Origin: Utricularia gibba
Lineage: Eukaryota > Plantae > Magnoliophyta
DNA: 64,000 nucleotides
Direction of reading: 5' to 3'
NCBI GenBank assembly: GCA_002189035.1
Contig: CM007991.1
Span: forward strand, 2,852,001 to 2,916,000
Under the pieces are notes generated by a model, which saw nothing but the letters and a program-made list of their open reading frames with translations, was not told where the DNA came from and ran no database searches. Made by a program: the position numbers and the translations under genes. Of this stretch, positions 62,681 through 64,000 are shown piece by piece. Position 1 is the first letter of the stretch. Every line of letters starts with the position of its first letter.

Positions 62681-64000
62681 AGACTGAAGGTAAGTATAAC
62701 GAATCCTACTGTTCACCCATTAAATTCCATTCAAAATCTTATAAATGAACACCAACAAAATCCTTGACAAACCAACATAAACAAGATTCTATCTTCAAAC
62801 AACATTCTTCGTTCAAAATTCCTAACAAACGAATACGAATGCATTCGAGTAACGAACACGAACACTCCGAAGTATAATTCGTTACCTAACCCTAACTGCA
62901 TGGAAGGGTAGGTGAAGACTCTATAGGGGCCTGGGCTCCAGAGTGTTATTATAAAAAGCCCATGCGTGTCTTTATTGGGCGTCATCATTAAATGGGCCTG
63001 GTGGCCATCTAAGGAAATCCAGGCCCATATATTTTGGGCTATAAATAACCTGGCCAGGGAAAAGAAGCCCTAGTCAATCAAATTGCCAAATTTGGGCAAC
63101 AAGCCGAAAACGACGTCGTCCGCCGTATCGAAAGTGGGTTTCGTTTCACACTTGGACCACAGTGGGGGAGGATGGAATGGTTTATGGTACGCAAGGCACT
63201 TCTACGTAAACTCCACCCCAAAGCGTTGTTCTACCTCAGCACGATCTTTCTTTCTACATTGAAACCTGTTGAAAACACGTATGGAAATTAAAAGGGGAAT
63301 CAAGGAGTGCATGTTGGTGATAATTGTGCTATGAATTTGTAGTTTGACATGCACCCCAGCGATAATCTGGTCCACCGTCATTAAAGAGGAGTCTCATTCT
63401 GTGGAGGCTGGAGTGGAATCTTTGAATCAGGTTTCCCCCTTTTACTGTCTAACCAATTGAAGCAAGCGCCATTAGCAAATGCGTACATAACTATTTGATT
63501 CACAGGCCACCCTCAGGATCACAGGATTGTGCGTTCTTTGTCTGTGAACAATGGCAAAAGCACAGTTATTTTTTCACTGTGGTGGCTACAAAAACTCTGC
63601 TACCATCTTCCGAAACCATGCATCACAGAAGAAACCGAAAAGATGTCTGGCAGTGAACTGAAGAAAGCCCTGATGATTTCTTCAACATATTCGATGTGAG
63701 TTTCATCAGATTAGTGTCAATCACTGGACCCAGATCCGTTTTCAGGTGCTGTGTGGTTTGAAAAAGATGAGAGAAGAAAGGAAAAAGGAACCTCACAATA
63801 TTTTCAGAAGAAAAATACAATGAGGAAAAAGGATGATTCTTTTGCTGTTTTAGGGATGGTTTTGTGTGCAGAGATTGCAGTGGTAGACACCCCACTTCTT
63901 CACGTTTGTTACTTATGCGGAAATGGATTTGCCAGCTTCTGTATTTCTCTTTAATTCTTATACAGACAAAGTTATTGGGATGCCCATGTATGTTAGATGG

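Noticed and set aside
63660-63730. TGATGA as a C/D snoRNA C box (also at 9671 and near 43238)
   Set aside because: No CTGA D box at a suitable distance and no terminal stem.

Overview
Gene-dense eudicot nuclear DNA: about 25 protein-coding loci (intact or decayed) plus one tRNA-Glu(CUC) in 64 kb, with many short introns (commonly about 70-110 nt), short intergenic gaps and almost no transposon sequence (one probable MITE). This architecture suggests a miniaturised genome such as Lentibulariaceae (Utricularia/Genlisea), which is inference only. Apparently functional genes, in order: thioredoxin h (partial), a CIF4-like sulfated-peptide precursor, ARC6, a MUSTACHES-type LRR-RLK, V-ATPase subunit c, a SAM methyltransferase, TFIIIC TPR subunit, PILS, CDKB2, BRR2, a DC1 zinc-finger protein, SPL14/16-like, GALS1, RAD52-2, CEPR1, phytolongin, a DYW-class PPR, a small conserved unknown protein, a GDSL lipase and OPR1/2. 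Most notable: (i) ARC6 is intact for about 650 codons but lacks its C-terminal intermembrane-space domain; (ii) five relic genes (M48/OMA1-like, HEN4-like KH, ODR4-like, FPF1-like, At1g17030-like family) carry stops, frameshifts and internal deletions; (iii) VHA-c, BRR2 and CEPR1 each miss one base at a GGGG run, most likely assembly error. Family assignments come from recalled motifs, not from database searches.
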